From positions 448,001 to 512,000 of the forward strand of contig CAVYIM010000003.1 in assembly GCA_963768655.1 (NCBI GenBank): 64,000 nt of DNA, written 5' to 3'. Shown one piece after another: positions 18,751 to 29,206 of the stretch. The stretch comes from an uncultured Chloroflexia bacterium (GTDB lineage Bacteria; Chloroflexota; Limnocylindria; Limnocylindrales; CSP1-4). The notes below the pieces were generated by a model that was not told the DNA's origin, ran no database searches, and was given only the letters and a program-made list of their open reading frames with translations. The position numbers were made by a program, and so were the translations under genes. Every line of letters starts with the position of its first letter. Position 1 is the stretch's first letter.

Positions 18751-18910
18751 CGGGGGGAGACGCGGCCGCCCGGGCCCCGGTCGGCCCGACCTGCAGGGCC
18801 GGGGTCTGTCGTGGCGTTCGTCCGGCCCGCGCCGTCCGGGCCGCGCATGTCGCGACCACGGCCCGCGGCGCGCCGTCCGGCCCGCGCCTGTCCGTCCAGA
18901 CTCGACTCGT

Positions 18911-20023
18911 TCAGGGCAGCGGGCGCCAGGCTTTGTTCAGCAGGATCGCCAGCGCCGCAGTGAACGCGCCTGCCCCGACGAACACGAAGCTGACCTCCGT
19001 CACCTCGTGCTTGGTGATCAGGTTCGTCGGCAGTTTCTCGAAGACGCTGTCGAGCTGGCTCGCCGACTCGGCGGGGTAGTACGCGCCGCCGGTCATGGCC
19101 GCGATCTGCTTCAGCGTCGCCTCGTCGATTCCTCGGGAGTTGGTGAAGGCGCCCCCGCCGCCACCGCCACCATAACCGCCGCCGTACGCTCCACCCCCGC
19201 CGCCGCCTCCAAACCCGCCGCCGGCTGCTCCGCCCGGTTCCCGGCCGACGAACTGGGGCGCGCAGGTCGGGCTCATGGCTCCGCCGTTCGCCGTCCCGAA
19301 ACCGATCGTGTAGACCCTCACGCCCCGGTCGGCCGCCTGCTGGGCGGCGGCGATCGGATCGGTGCCGGTGTTGTTCTCGCCGTCGGTCAGCAGGACGACG
19401 ATGTCGGGCGCGTAGTCGCCCTTGGGAACGGGCGCCGGCGCGACGCCGGTCGACGAATCGGTCTGGCTCTTGGCGACGCCCGGGTCGATCTCCGAGATGG
19501 CGTCGATGGAGGCCAGGATGCCGTCGCCGATGGCGGTCCTTCGTCCGGTTGCGAGGCCGTCGAGGGCTTGGGTCAGTGCCGCCCTGTCGCTGGTCGGCGC
19601 CTGGACGACTTCCGCGAAGCTGCTGAACGCGACAATTCCGAATCGAGTCGTCGATGACTGGCTGTTGATGAACGAGGCGGCAGCAGTTTCGGCGGCCTGC
19701 AGACGGCTGGGCGGGATGTCGGTCGAGCACATGCTGCCCGAGACGTCGATCGTGAGAATGATGGTCGTCTGGTTCGTGGGCACGGCGACGACCGCTACGG
19801 GTCGCGCCATGGCGAAGACCAGGGCGGCGAGAGCGGCGACGAACAGCGCGAACGGCAGATGGCGGCGCAGCCTCGACGACCCCGGCCCCGCTTCGCGGAC
19901 CAGGGCGAGGCTGGAGTAGCGGACGCCCGAGCGGCGCCGCCGGCGCAGGCTCCAGACGTAGACCACGACAGGCACAGGCAGGAGCAGGAGCAGGAACAGC
20001 AAGCTCGACCACTCGAAGTCCAT
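18911..20023 (-). CDS. VWA domain membrane protein (BatA-like N-terminus) with Gly-rich insert
   Basis: N-terminal TM segments, MARP, MIDAS DVSGSM, TAIGDG, LLTDGEN, C-terminal TM. Confidence 0.9.
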   Translation of the reverse strand: MDFEWSSLLFLLLLLPVPVVVYVWSLRRRRRSGVRYSSLALVREAGPGSSRLRRHLPFALFVAALAALVFAMARPVAVVAVPTNQTTIILTIDVSGSMCSTDIPPSRLQAAETAAASFINSQSSTTRFGIVAFSSFAEVVQAPTSDRAALTQALDGLATGRRTAIGDGILASIDAISEIDPGVAKSQTDSSTGVAPAPVPKGDYAPDIVVLLTDGENNTGTDPIAAAQQAADRGVRVYTIGFGTANGGAMSPTCAPQFVGREPGGAAGGGFGGGGGGGAYGGGYGGGGGGGAFTNSRGIDEATLKQIAAMTGGAYYPAESASQLDSVFEKLPTNLITKHEVTEVSFVFVGAGAFTAALAILLNKAWRPLP

Positions 20024-20064
20024 CTAGAGCCGTCCTTCCCGGCACCCGGAGTGCTCAGGCCCTG

Positions 20065-21084
20065 TCATGGCAGTCGACCGAGCCATATGAGTGATGTCAG
20101 GCCGCCCGCGACCAGCAGCAGCAGCCCCACGCCGGCGACGAGCGAGGTTATCTCCGTCTCCTGCGGTTGGATGACCAGCTGTGTGTCGAGGTTGTCGTAG
20201 ATCGAGAGGAGCTGCGCCGCGTCGGTCGCACCGTAGTAGGTGCCGCCGGTCAGCTGGGAGATCTGCTGGAGCGTCGCCGCGTCGAGCTGGGTGAAGACCT
20301 GGAAGCCGTCCAGGTTCAGCGTCGCACCCGCCGCACTGCCGACGCCGACCGTGTAGATCCGCACGCCCATGTTGGCGGCCGTCTGGGCGGCAGCGAGCGG
20401 GTCGGGGTTCTCGTTGTTCTCGCCGTCGCTGAGCAGGATGATGACAGCCGGGGCGTGGGTTCCGGCCGGCACCGGCGTAGGCGTAGGCGTGGGGGTCGGG
20501 GCGGGGCTCTGGTTGCTGTAGTAGTCGTTGGCGAAGGGCCCGGCCTCCGCGACGGCGATGGCGTTGAGAGAGGCGGTGATGCCCTGGGCCACGGACGTAC
20601 CGCGTTCCGGAGTCAGCCGGTCGATCGCCGATAGCACCGTGGCCTGATCGTCGGTCGGCGTCTGGACGGAGACGCCCGAGTCGCTGAACGCAACGACGCC
20701 GATGGTGATGCCGTCCGGCTGTCGCTCCACGAAGTCCTTCGCCGCCGTCTTGGCCACGGCCATTCGCGTCGGCGCCATGTCGGTCGCGCCCATGCTGGCG
20801 GAAACGTCGAAGGCGAGGATGACCGTTCCTTCCTCCCGGGGCAGGTCGATGACGGCCTGCGGTCGCGCCATTGCGACCGTCATCAGGACCATCCCGGCCA
20901 GAATCAGCACCGAAGGAGCCCGGCTGCGCACGCCCGAAGGCCGGCGCGTGGTGCCCTCCCCGAGCCCCATCCCGCCGCGAGTCGCCAGGACGCGATGGCG
21001 GCGCCTGTCGAGCGCCCAGTACAGCAGCGCTCCGATGGGGACGAGTGCCACCGTGAGCAGCATCGGCGGCCAGATGAACGACAT
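20065..21084 (-). CDS. VWA domain membrane protein
   Basis: MARP, DVSASM, LLSDGEN, C-terminal TM; paralog of the neighbouring gene. Confidence 0.9.
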   Translation of the reverse strand: MSFIWPPMLLTVALVPIGALLYWALDRRRHRVLATRGGMGLGEGTTRRPSGVRSRAPSVLILAGMVLMTVAMARPQAVIDLPREEGTVILAFDVSASMGATDMAPTRMAVAKTAAKDFVERQPDGITIGVVAFSDSGVSVQTPTDDQATVLSAIDRLTPERGTSVAQGITASLNAIAVAEAGPFANDYYSNQSPAPTPTPTPTPVPAGTHAPAVIILLSDGENNENPDPLAAAQTAANMGVRIYTVGVGSAAGATLNLDGFQVFTQLDAATLQQISQLTGGTYYGATDAAQLLSIYDNLDTQLVIQPQETEITSLVAGVGLLLLVAGGLTSLIWLGRLP

Positions 21085-21087
21085 CGC

Positions 21088-21984
21088 CTACCTCCGTCGC
21101 CGGCGGCGAAGCGCCGCCATGCGCACGATGGCGCGGACGAGGTCCTCGTCCGTGGACAGTGAGAAGGCTTCGACGCCGGCCCGGCCGAAGGCGGCGTTCA
21201 CGTCGACCTCCCGCCGCTGAGCCGCGTCGTGGAAGCGCCGCCGGAATGCGGCGTCGTGAGTGTCGACATACAGCTGCTCGCCGGTTTCGGCGTCTTCCAT
21301 GATCAGCGGGCCGACGTCGGGCAGCTCGATCTCGCGCTGGTCGAACAGCCGGACGGCGACCACCTCATGCCGTCGATTGAGCAAGCTCAGGGGGCGCTCC
21401 CACCCGGGTGCGCTGATGAAGTCGGAGACGATGAAGACCAGCGAGCGGCGCTTGATCGTTCGCTGGCCGGCGTCGAGCAAAGGCGACAGATCGGTGAACG
21501 GGGCGCTGGAGAGGCGCGGCTGCGAAAGCAGATCACCGATCAGGCGGAGAACCTGGTCGCGCCCGCCTCGCGCCGGGACGATTCGCTCGACGGTGCTGCC
21601 GTAGAACATTGCTCCGACGCGGTTGCCGCGCCGGGTCAGCAACCGTGCGAGCGTCGTCACGAAGTCGATCAGGACCGTCCGCTTGACGCGCTCCGAGTCC
21701 ACCGTGCCGAAGTCGACCGAGGGGCTGAGGTCCAGCAGGAACCAGGCCGTGATCTCGCGGTCCTCGACGTACTCGCGGACGTACGGGGCGTCCATCCGCG
21801 CCGTGACGTTCCAGTCGATCGACCGCACGTCGTCCCCGGGCTGGTACTCACGCAGATCCACGAGGTCGATGCCGTTGCCGCGGAACAGGCTGCGGTAGTC
21901 GCCCTGGAGAACGCCGTCGAGCCGGCGGATGACCTGCCAGTCGAGGCGCTGGAGGATCTTCTCCGGGGCAGAGACGGCTCGCAC
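21088..21984 (-). CDS. DUF58 family protein
   Basis: LREYQPGDDVRSIDWNVTAR, LLDLSPS, IVSDF. Confidence 0.93.
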   Translation of the reverse strand: MRAVSAPEKILQRLDWQVIRRLDGVLQGDYRSLFRGNGIDLVDLREYQPGDDVRSIDWNVTARMDAPYVREYVEDREITAWFLLDLSPSVDFGTVDSERVKRTVLIDFVTTLARLLTRRGNRVGAMFYGSTVERIVPARGGRDQVLRLIGDLLSQPRLSSAPFTDLSPLLDAGQRTIKRRSLVFIVSDFISAPGWERPLSLLNRRHEVVAVRLFDQREIELPDVGPLIMEDAETGEQLYVDTHDAAFRRRFHDAAQRREVDVNAAFGRAGVEAFSLSTDEDLVRAIVRMAALRRRRRR

Positions 21985-22063
21985 ACGGCGAAGATCCTCG
22001 TCGCGCCCGGAGATCGGGGGCGGCTCCTCGTCATGCCACCGCGAGGCGGTCCAGGGGAAGGCC

Positions 22064-23101
22064 TCAGGCGCCGGCGCGGACGTTGGAACGCTCCCGCAGC
22101 GGTACCACCGGCGCCGGAATGCGCTTGAGGATGGTCGTCAGCACGTCGTCCGCGGACACGTTGTCCGAGAGCGCCTCGAACGACAGGACCAGGCGATGAC
22201 GCATCACGTCGCGGGCCATGTCGAGCACGTCCTGCGGAAGGGCGTAGTCGCGTCCGCGCACGAACGCCAGGGCGCGGGCCGTGAGGATGAGGTTGATCGA
22301 GGCTCGCGGACTCGCCCCGTACGTGATGTAGCGCTCCAGCTCCGGCATGCCGTGCAGCTTCGGGGCGCGGGTGGACGTCGCCAGGCGTACGGCATATTCC
22401 ATGAGCGCCGGGTCGACGTAGACGCGGTCGGCCTCCTGCTGCAGTTCGATCAGGCTCCTGGTCGAGAGCACCGCCTGGACCGGCTCGAGCTGGCCGGTCA
22501 TCCGCTCGACGATGACGAACTCCTCAGTCGGGCTCGGATAGCCGACCAGCACCTTGAGCATGAAGCGGTCGACCTGCGCCTCCGGCAGGGCGTACGTGCC
22601 TTCGGTCTCGATCGGGTTCTGGGTCGCGAGAACCAGGAACGGGTCGGGCACCTTGTGAGTCTCGTGGCCGATCGTGACCTGCCGCTCCTGCATGACCTCG
22701 AGCAACGCGCTCTGGACCTTGGCGGGAGCCCGGTTGATCTCGTCGGCCAACAGAAGGTTTGTGAACACCGGACCCAGCGACGTGTTGAACTCGCCGGTCT
22801 TCTGGTTGTAGATCCGGGTGCCGATCAGATCCGCCGGAACGAGATCGGGCGTGAACTGGATGCGCCGGAAGTCACCGCCGATCGCCCCGGCGAGCGTCTT
22901 GATTGCCATCGTCTTGGCCAGTCCAGGCACGCCTTCGACCAGGACATGGCCTCGCGCAAGCAGCGCCACCGCCAGCCGCTCCAGCAAGTGATCCTGCCCG
23001 ACGATGACCTTCTTGACCTCGTACAGCAGGCGTTCCATCGGCACGGTCGGTGCGTCCGATGCGCCGGGCTCTGTGGCGGGTTGTTCGTGCATCGTCTTCA
23101 C
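22064..23101 (-). CDS. moxR: MoxR family AAA+ ATPase
   Basis: EGVPGLAKT, RIQFTPDLVPAD, LLADEINRAPAKVQSALLE, ATQNPIETEGTY, GASPR. Confidence 0.95.
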   Translation of the reverse strand: MKTMHEQPATEPGASDAPTVPMERLLYEVKKVIVGQDHLLERLAVALLARGHVLVEGVPGLAKTMAIKTLAGAIGGDFRRIQFTPDLVPADLIGTRIYNQKTGEFNTSLGPVFTNLLLADEINRAPAKVQSALLEVMQERQVTIGHETHKVPDPFLVLATQNPIETEGTYALPEAQVDRFMLKVLVGYPSPTEEFVIVERMTGQLEPVQAVLSTRSLIELQQEADRVYVDPALMEYAVRLATSTRAPKLHGMPELERYITYGASPRASINLILTARALAFVRGRDYALPQDVLDMARDVMRHRLVLSFEALSDNVSADDVLTTILKRIPAPVVPLRERSNVRAGA

Positions 23102-23162
23102 TTGCTGGACCTCATAACGGTGGTTCGGGGCGGCCGTCCGCCGTGGGTGCGCCGGTCAGCGG

Positions 23163-24071
23163 TCAATCAGGTGGCAGGCCTGCGGCCCCGCCGGCCACGT
23201 CGATGGGCACTGCCAGGCCTATGCCGATGAAAACGCCCTCGTTCGTGGGATTGACCAGCGCGTCCACGATGCCGATCACCTGGCCGTCGCGGTTGACCAG
23301 CGGACCGCCCGAGTTACCGGGGTTCACTGCCGCGTCGACCTGGATCAGGCCCGTGAGTTGCGGACCGTTGTTGGGGAGCTGGTAGGACCGGTTCAGGCCG
23401 GAGACGACCCCTGCGCTGATGGAGTCGTACAGCCCGAAGGGATTGCCGATGACGAACGCCTCACTCCCGACCTGCACGCTCCGAGGATTGCCCAGCACCG
23501 CCGGCACGATGTCGGCGGGCGTCTGAGTCGCCTGCAGAACCGCGATGTCGTCCTGGGGCTGCGTGGATTGAATCGTCGCCGGCGATGTCGTCCCGTCGGC
23601 GAACGTCACCGAGATGGCGGTCGCATCCGCGACCACGTGCAGGCAGGTGAGGATGTCGCCGCTGGCGTCCACGACGACGCCACTGCCCAGCGTGCCGTCT
23701 GCAGCGGGGATTCCGCCGCTCGGGGCGGGGGTGCCGCTGGGCCCAGCGCCGCTGCCGGGGGCGGCCGTGCTGCCCGCATTCTGCGTTTGGACCAAGACGA
23801 GCGACGGCGCAACGGCCTCATACACACGCTGCGAATCGGCAGGACCGGGAGTCATCGAGGCCAGCGCCGACGCAATGCTCTGGCTGACGTCGTGCTGGCT
23901 GAGTGGCCGCGGCGCGGGCACCAGCGCGCCGTACAGCGCGACTGCGACGAGGGCCGCCGCCAGCCCTGAGGCGAAGGGAACGCTCCGACGGAGCTGCGCC
24001 CTGAGGTGAAACGATCGCAGGCGCCTGAAGCGGCTAGCGGACGGAGCAGGCGAATCCTGCAGATCTGTCAT
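23163..24071 (-). CDS. Membrane-anchored trypsin-like (S1C/HtrA-type) serine protease without PDZ domain
   Basis: N-terminal TM; triad motifs LTCLHVV, DIAVL and NPGNSGGPL; ORF ends right after the protease domain. Confidence 0.88.
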   Translation of the reverse strand: MTDLQDSPAPSASRFRRLRSFHLRAQLRRSVPFASGLAAALVAVALYGALVPAPRPLSQHDVSQSIASALASMTPGPADSQRVYEAVAPSLVLVQTQNAGSTAAPGSGAGPSGTPAPSGGIPAADGTLGSGVVVDASGDILTCLHVVADATAISVTFADGTTSPATIQSTQPQDDIAVLQATQTPADIVPAVLGNPRSVQVGSEAFVIGNPFGLYDSISAGVVSGLNRSYQLPNNGPQLTGLIQVDAAVNPGNSGGPLVNRDGQVIGIVDALVNPTNEGVFIGIGLAVPIDVAGGAAGLPPD

Positions 24072-24264
24072 GAGGGAGACCGAACTCCAGTCCGTGTCGC
24101 CAGCCGAACGAGCCGCTTCCGTGACCACGCTGCGGAAGCGCACTCTCGTAAGAGTCTTGGGGCTCATGCTGTAAGCAGCCTGAAAACAGACGGCAATCGG
24201 AAGCCCCGGTGCGCAGGCCGAGACGGCAATCAGATCCGCGCCGCTCCGCCTCGGCCGATGTGAC

Positions 24265-26031
24265 CTAACTCTTCAACCCTGCCGCCGCCTGCGCGGCGAT
24301 CTCCTCGACCGGCCGCTCGGCCGCCTCGGCCTCGGCGCCCACTTCGAAGTCGTGGATGTAGCGGCGCCCGCGCAGCCATGACGCCGCCGCGGCGCCGAGT
24401 GACAGCACCACGCAGACGGAGAAGGCTATCTGTAGCCCGTCGTGGAAGGGGCCGGCCATCAGGCTGGGGAAGAAGGAGTTCGCGAGAACCGTCGAGCGCG
24501 TGGCCGCCGGGAGCCCGGCGAGCACCGACGGCGGGATGAGGGTCGCCATCGGGTTGTAGCCCAGGAACGCCGCGAAGAGCGCGCCGATCGGCGGGATGCC
24601 GGAGATCTGCGTGGCCACGCCGGTTGGAATGCCCGCCGCGGTGAGCCGCCCGTACAGCGCGCTGGGCAGGCTCGCCGACAGCCCCGCGACGACGAGCGTG
24701 AAGATGAGCGTCAGGCTGAGGCTCGAGGCGACGTTCTGGAACGTCGCCCGCATGCCCGACGACGCGCCGCGGTGCTCGGGCGGGACGGCGTTCATGATCG
24801 AGGCCGTGTTGGGCGAGGCGAAGGCGCCCATGCCGATCCCAAGCGTCAGCAGCAGCAGGGCGAAGGGGAGGTAGTCGAAGTCGGCCGGAAGCGTGAGGAA
24901 GCCCACGAAGGCCGCCGCCGTGATCAGCATGCCGCCGGTCGAGAAGTAGCGAGCGCCGAACCGGTCGGACAGCGCGCCGCTCAACGGCCCGGCGATCAGG
25001 AACCCGGCCGTCATCGGCAGCATGTAGACGGCCGCCCACAACGGGGCGTCCTGGAAGGCGTAGCCGTGGAGCGGCAGCCAGATCCCCTGCAGCCAGACGA
25101 TCAGGAGCAGCTGGAGACCGCCGCGGGCGAGCGACGAGAGAAAGCCGGCGATGTTTCCGGCCGCGAACATCCGGATGCGGAAGAGCTCCAGGCGGAACAT
25201 CGGATCGGGCACGCGCCGCTCGACGGCGACGAACAAGGCGAGCAGGGCGAGCCCGCCCGCGAGCTCGCCGATCACCCATGGGTTGCCCCAACCCATGCTC
25301 GAGCTGCCGTACGGCTGGATGGCGTAGGTGAAGCCGATCAGGACCAGCGTGAGCCCCACGGCGAACAGCACGTTGCCCGGAATGTCGAGCCGCTGGTGGG
25401 CGCGGATCGTCGCCGTCTCGTGGAGCATCAGATACGCCCACACCGTTCCGAAGAGCCCGAAAGGCACGCTCATGAGGAAGACGGCGCGCCAGTCGAACGT
25501 CGCCAGCAGGCCGCCCAGCAGCAGCCCGCCGAACGTCCCGGCCAGCATCCCGATCTGGTTCATGCCCATGGCCAGGCCGCGCCGATCGGGCGGGAAGGCA
25601 TCGGTCAGGATGGCCGCCGAGTTCGCGAAGAGGAAGGCACCGCCAACGCCCTGCACGATCCGGAAGACGATGAGTTCCAGGACCGCCGTATTGCCCTGCC
25701 CCTGGACGAAGAAGCACAGGATCGACCCTACCGTGAACACGGCGAAGCCCGCGTTGTAGAGGCGGACCCGGCCGTACATGTCGGAGATGCGTCCCGCGCT
25801 GACGAGCAGGGTCGCGGTCACGAGCGTGTACCCGACGAGCATCCAGAGCAGGTAGTCCGACTCGCCGGGCGCGAGCGGATTCACGCCGATGCCCCGGAAG
25901 ATGGCCGGCAGCGCGATCATCACCACGCTTCCGTTGAGCCCGGCCATGAAGACGCCGAGCGTCGTGTTGGAGAGTGCGATCCAGCGGTAGTCGATGTGGG
26001 CCAGGCGGCGGGTACGGTGGGCAGTGGTCAT
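24265..26031 (-). CDS. MFS transporter, DHA2 (14-TMS) efflux type
   Basis: [11 protein letters not shown] motif [27 protein letters not shown]. Confidence 0.92.
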   Translation of the reverse strand: MTTAHRTRRLAHIDYRWIALSNTTLGVFMAGLNGSVVMIALPAIFRGIGVNPLAPGESDYLLWMLVGYTLVTATLLVSAGRISDMYGRVRLYNAGFAVFTVGSILCFFVQGQGNTAVLELIVFRIVQGVGGAFLFANSAAILTDAFPPDRRGLAMGMNQIGMLAGTFGGLLLGGLLATFDWRAVFLMSVPFGLFGTVWAYLMLHETATIRAHQRLDIPGNVLFAVGLTLVLIGFTYAIQPYGSSSMGWGNPWVIGELAGGLALLALFVAVERRVPDPMFRLELFRIRMFAAGNIAGFLSSLARGGLQLLLIVWLQGIWLPLHGYAFQDAPLWAAVYMLPMTAGFLIAGPLSGALSDRFGARYFSTGGMLITAAAFVGFLTLPADFDYLPFALLLLTLGIGMGAFASPNTASIMNAVPPEHRGASSGMRATFQNVASSLSLTLIFTLVVAGLSASLPSALYGRLTAAGIPTGVATQISGIPPIGALFAAFLGYNPMATLIPPSVLAGLPAATRSTVLANSFFPSLMAGPFHDGLQIAFSVCVVLSLGAAAASWLRGRRYIHDFEVGAEAEAAERPVEEIAAQAAAGLKS

Positions 26032-26227
26032 TGCCGGACGCTACCTGCAGGCATGTCATGCGCTCCCATCTCTCGGGGGATTCGACATGAACGAGTATCC
26101 CAGAGTGAGCCTCGTCGCGTTGAGCGTGCCCTTTTCGGCAGGCGGCCTGTATGGTGTGCTCGCCGCTGTTCTCGCCAGCTCGCGCGAACCGGGCCTGGTG
26201 GGGAGCGTGCTCAGGAGGAGATGCCAG

Positions 26228-26986
26228 GTGGACTTCTTGATGCGGAAGATGACCGGAATCGCGGGCCCCGTGAAGAACGGCGTACCCAGTGACGCGATGA
26301 TCGAGAGCATCGCCGACACCGGCACGACAATCTCGTCACCCTCCGTCGGGCCCGAGGCGCCCGTGTACCAGCTTGGTCTGCAGGTCACTCCGATCGGTGG
26401 CGCCGGCGCGCCGTATCAGGTCACTGTCAAGTCGGCGATTCCGCGGCTCTACATCCCGATGGTTCTGCCGGGTGCGCGCCTCGGCGTCATGGTCGACCCG
26501 CTGAACCCGATGAACGTCTCGCCCGACTTCACGCGCATGGGCGGCGCCGCGCCCGCAGCGCCGGTCGCGCCCGGTGGCTTCAGGATGGACTTCGACGCCA
26601 ACGGCCAGCCTGCGGCCGGCGAAGTCGCGGCGGTGGCGAGCGGCGTTCGAAGCGGCACGGTCAACACGATCAAGGGCAGTGCCGATCAACTCCTGGCCAC
26701 CGGCACACACGGCACCGCGGTGATTACCACGGCCATGCCCCTGGGCAAGACCGTCCGAGACATCAACCCGGCGGCCGATCCGTCGCGCCTGAACGACCCG
26801 GTGTGGATCTTCACCGTCGAGGTCACCCTCGCCGGGCAGGCACCGTTCCCGGCCGTCTTCGGCCATCGCGTGCCCGTGGCGAAGCTGGCTTCGGTGGCCC
26901 CCGGAGTGAAGCTCGCGGTCGCGGTCAACGAGGCCGACAAGAACCAGGAAGTCGCGATCGACTGGGACCAGTCGCCGCTTTCCTGA
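26228..26986 (+). CDS. Hypothetical soluble protein with two internal beta-rich repeats
   Basis: AGGAGGAG RBS 7 nt before GTG 26228; strongly paralogous to the C-terminus of the downstream gene. Confidence 0.8.
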   Translation: MDFLMRKMTGIAGPVKNGVPSDAMIESIADTGTTISSPSVGPEAPVYQLGLQVTPIGGAGAPYQVTVKSAIPRLYIPMVLPGARLGVMVDPLNPMNVSPDFTRMGGAAPAAPVAPGGFRMDFDANGQPAAGEVAAVASGVRSGTVNTIKGSADQLLATGTHGTAVITTAMPLGKTVRDINPAADPSRLNDPVWIFTVEVTLAGQAPFPAVFGHRVPVAKLASVAPGVKLAVAVNEADKNQEVAIDWDQSPLS

Positions 26987-27175
26987 GTCGGAGACGGAAC
27001 CACTGCGGTCGGACGCCGGCGACGCAAGGTCCGCGCCTTCGGCGTCCGACGCGCCCCGGAGATGAGGCGCGCCGCAGGTGGGATGCGATACCCTAGCTTG
27101 CGGAAATGGTAGGCGACCGGCTGCCGGCGGATTGGCCGTCCCGGAGCACCGGTCTGCCGAACGAGGAGGGTCCCG

Positions 27176-29069
27176 ATGAGGCTGGTAGGCTCGAAGCCGG
27201 GGCCGGCGTCGACACGTATGCGAGGGCGCAGGCCATTCATCGCTTCGCCGCTTCTGGCGGCGCTAGCGCTCGGCCTGGTCGGCGTCATGGCCGCCGGCCT
27301 CGCCGCGGCCGGCCCCACGCTGGCCGCCAAACCGACGCGCGACGCCAAACCGACGGCGACCGCCAAGGCCAAAGCGACCGCCAAACCGACCGCGACCGCC
27401 AAACCGACCCCCGTGCCCGAGCCGACGATGTCGCCGTTAGTCTCGGGGCGCCACGTCTACGACTACGGCAAGGTCCTCTCCACTGGCTCCGCAACCCTGG
27501 CCGAGACGCTGGCGGCCAAGATCGAGGCCGAGGGTGGCGGCCGGGTGGTGATCTACACGACCGCCCAGCCCGAGGACATGCCCGACAGCGGCGCGCTGAC
27601 CAAGGACTGGCATATCGACGGCCTGCTGCTGGCCGGCACGGACGGTGACGGCGAGCTGACCATGGGCGCGACCCTCACGGGCAAGCTCAGCAAGGATCAG
27701 GCAGGCGCTATCGACGAATCGTCGGGACCGCAAACGCTCGAGAGCTGGATCATGACCTCCCTGGCTCGCGTGGATGGGTTCCTGAGCGGAACGCATGTCT
27801 TCGACGGCACGGGCATCCTGGACGCGACCGGCAAGCAGAAGGCCGAGGCCGCGGCCACGGCGCTGTCCGGCAAGATCGGCGCGCCCGTCTACGTCGACAT
27901 CTCCATCGGCGGGAAGGACCCTTCGACCGGGGCCTTCTTCAACGTCGCAGACGTGTCCGACGCTTTCGAGAATTCACTTGTCGTCGCGCTGAGCGTCTAC
28001 GACACGGAAATCGCCGGCTACATCCAGACGAACGACTCGAATCTGTGGGATAGCTACCACGACGTCGCACCCTGGAAATCTGACACGCTGAACGACGAGG
28101 CGGCACCCGGCGGTGACGTCCAGGCGGCGCTGCTGGCGGCGATCGCTGCGGTCCAGGGCGGCTCGGCCGAATTCTGCTTCTGGGGTCGGTGGGATCGGGT
28201 GGGATACCTGGTTCTGGATCATCTTCACCGTGGTGGTCGTCGGCTTCGGAGTCAGCAGCATATTCTGGGGCGGCTGGCTGATCCGCAAGATCAGCGGCGT
28301 CTCGGGTCCCATCAAGGGCGGCCTGCCCGGTGACGCGGTCATCGAGAGCATCACCGACACGGGCACGACCGTGTCGATGTCGGGCGTAGGTGCCAACGCG
28401 CCGGAATACAAGTTCGGCCTGCAGGTCACCCCGGCGGCCGGCGGCGCCCCGTACGCGGTCGAGGCGAAAGCCCTCGTCCCGCGGCTGTACATCCCGATGG
28501 TCGTGCCCGGGGCCCACGTCGGGGTCCTGATCGACCCGAACGATCCGCAGAAGGTCTCGGTCGACTTCAGCCAGATGGGCGGCAGTTCGGCGGCAGACTG
28601 GGCGGGCGCGGCTGCCGGTGGGACCGGCGGCCCCGGTGGGACCGGCGGCCCCGGCGGCATGAACCTCCAGTTCGACGCCAACGGCCAGCCCGTGGCGGGC
28701 GACGTTGCGGCCATGATCGGAGCCGTCCGCAGTGGGACGCTGCCCACGATCAAGGGCAGCGCCGATCAACTTCTGGCCACCGGTACTCACGGCACCGCGG
28801 TCATCACCTCGGCCCAGCCGCTCGGCAAGACCGTCCGCGACATCAATCCGGCGGCCGACCCCTCGCGTCTGGACGACCCGATCTGGGTCTTCACCGTCGA
28901 GGTCACGGTCGCCGGCGAGAACCCGTTCCCCGCCGTGTTCGGTCATCGCGTTCCAGTGGCCAAGCTGGCCACGGTGGCTCCCGGCGTGAAGCTGGCCATC
29001 GCTGTCGACATGTCCGACCGCCACAACGAGGTCGCCATCGACTGGGACAAGTCGCCGATCAGCGCCTGA
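27176..29069 (+). CDS. Signal peptide + two TPM-like domains + TM helix + cytoplasmic two-repeat module; interrupted by a +1 frameshift near 28160-28175
   Basis: ORFs 27176-28333 and 28113-29069 join if one base is removed; HVYDYGKVLS..KIEAEGGGRVVIYT and HVFDGTGILD..LSGKIGAPVYVDI resemble TPM domain starts; TM WFWIIFTVVVVGFGVSSIFWGGWLI. Confidence 0.7.
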
Positions 29070-29206
29070 GAGCAAGCGCCGTTCCGGGCTCCGTCGACGC
29101 CGGTGGGTTTGCCGTGCGGTTTCGGCTGGCTACCGGGCTGGCTGCTTGACGTGGGGCAGCGTCGGCGTGAACATCCCGCCCATGTCTGCCCCCGTCGCGA
29201 CCGCTG

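Noticed and set aside
27325-28650. AKPT-encoding repeats (about 27325-27410) and an 18-bp tandem repeat (28615-28650)
   Set aside because: In-frame low-complexity linkers, not independent elements.
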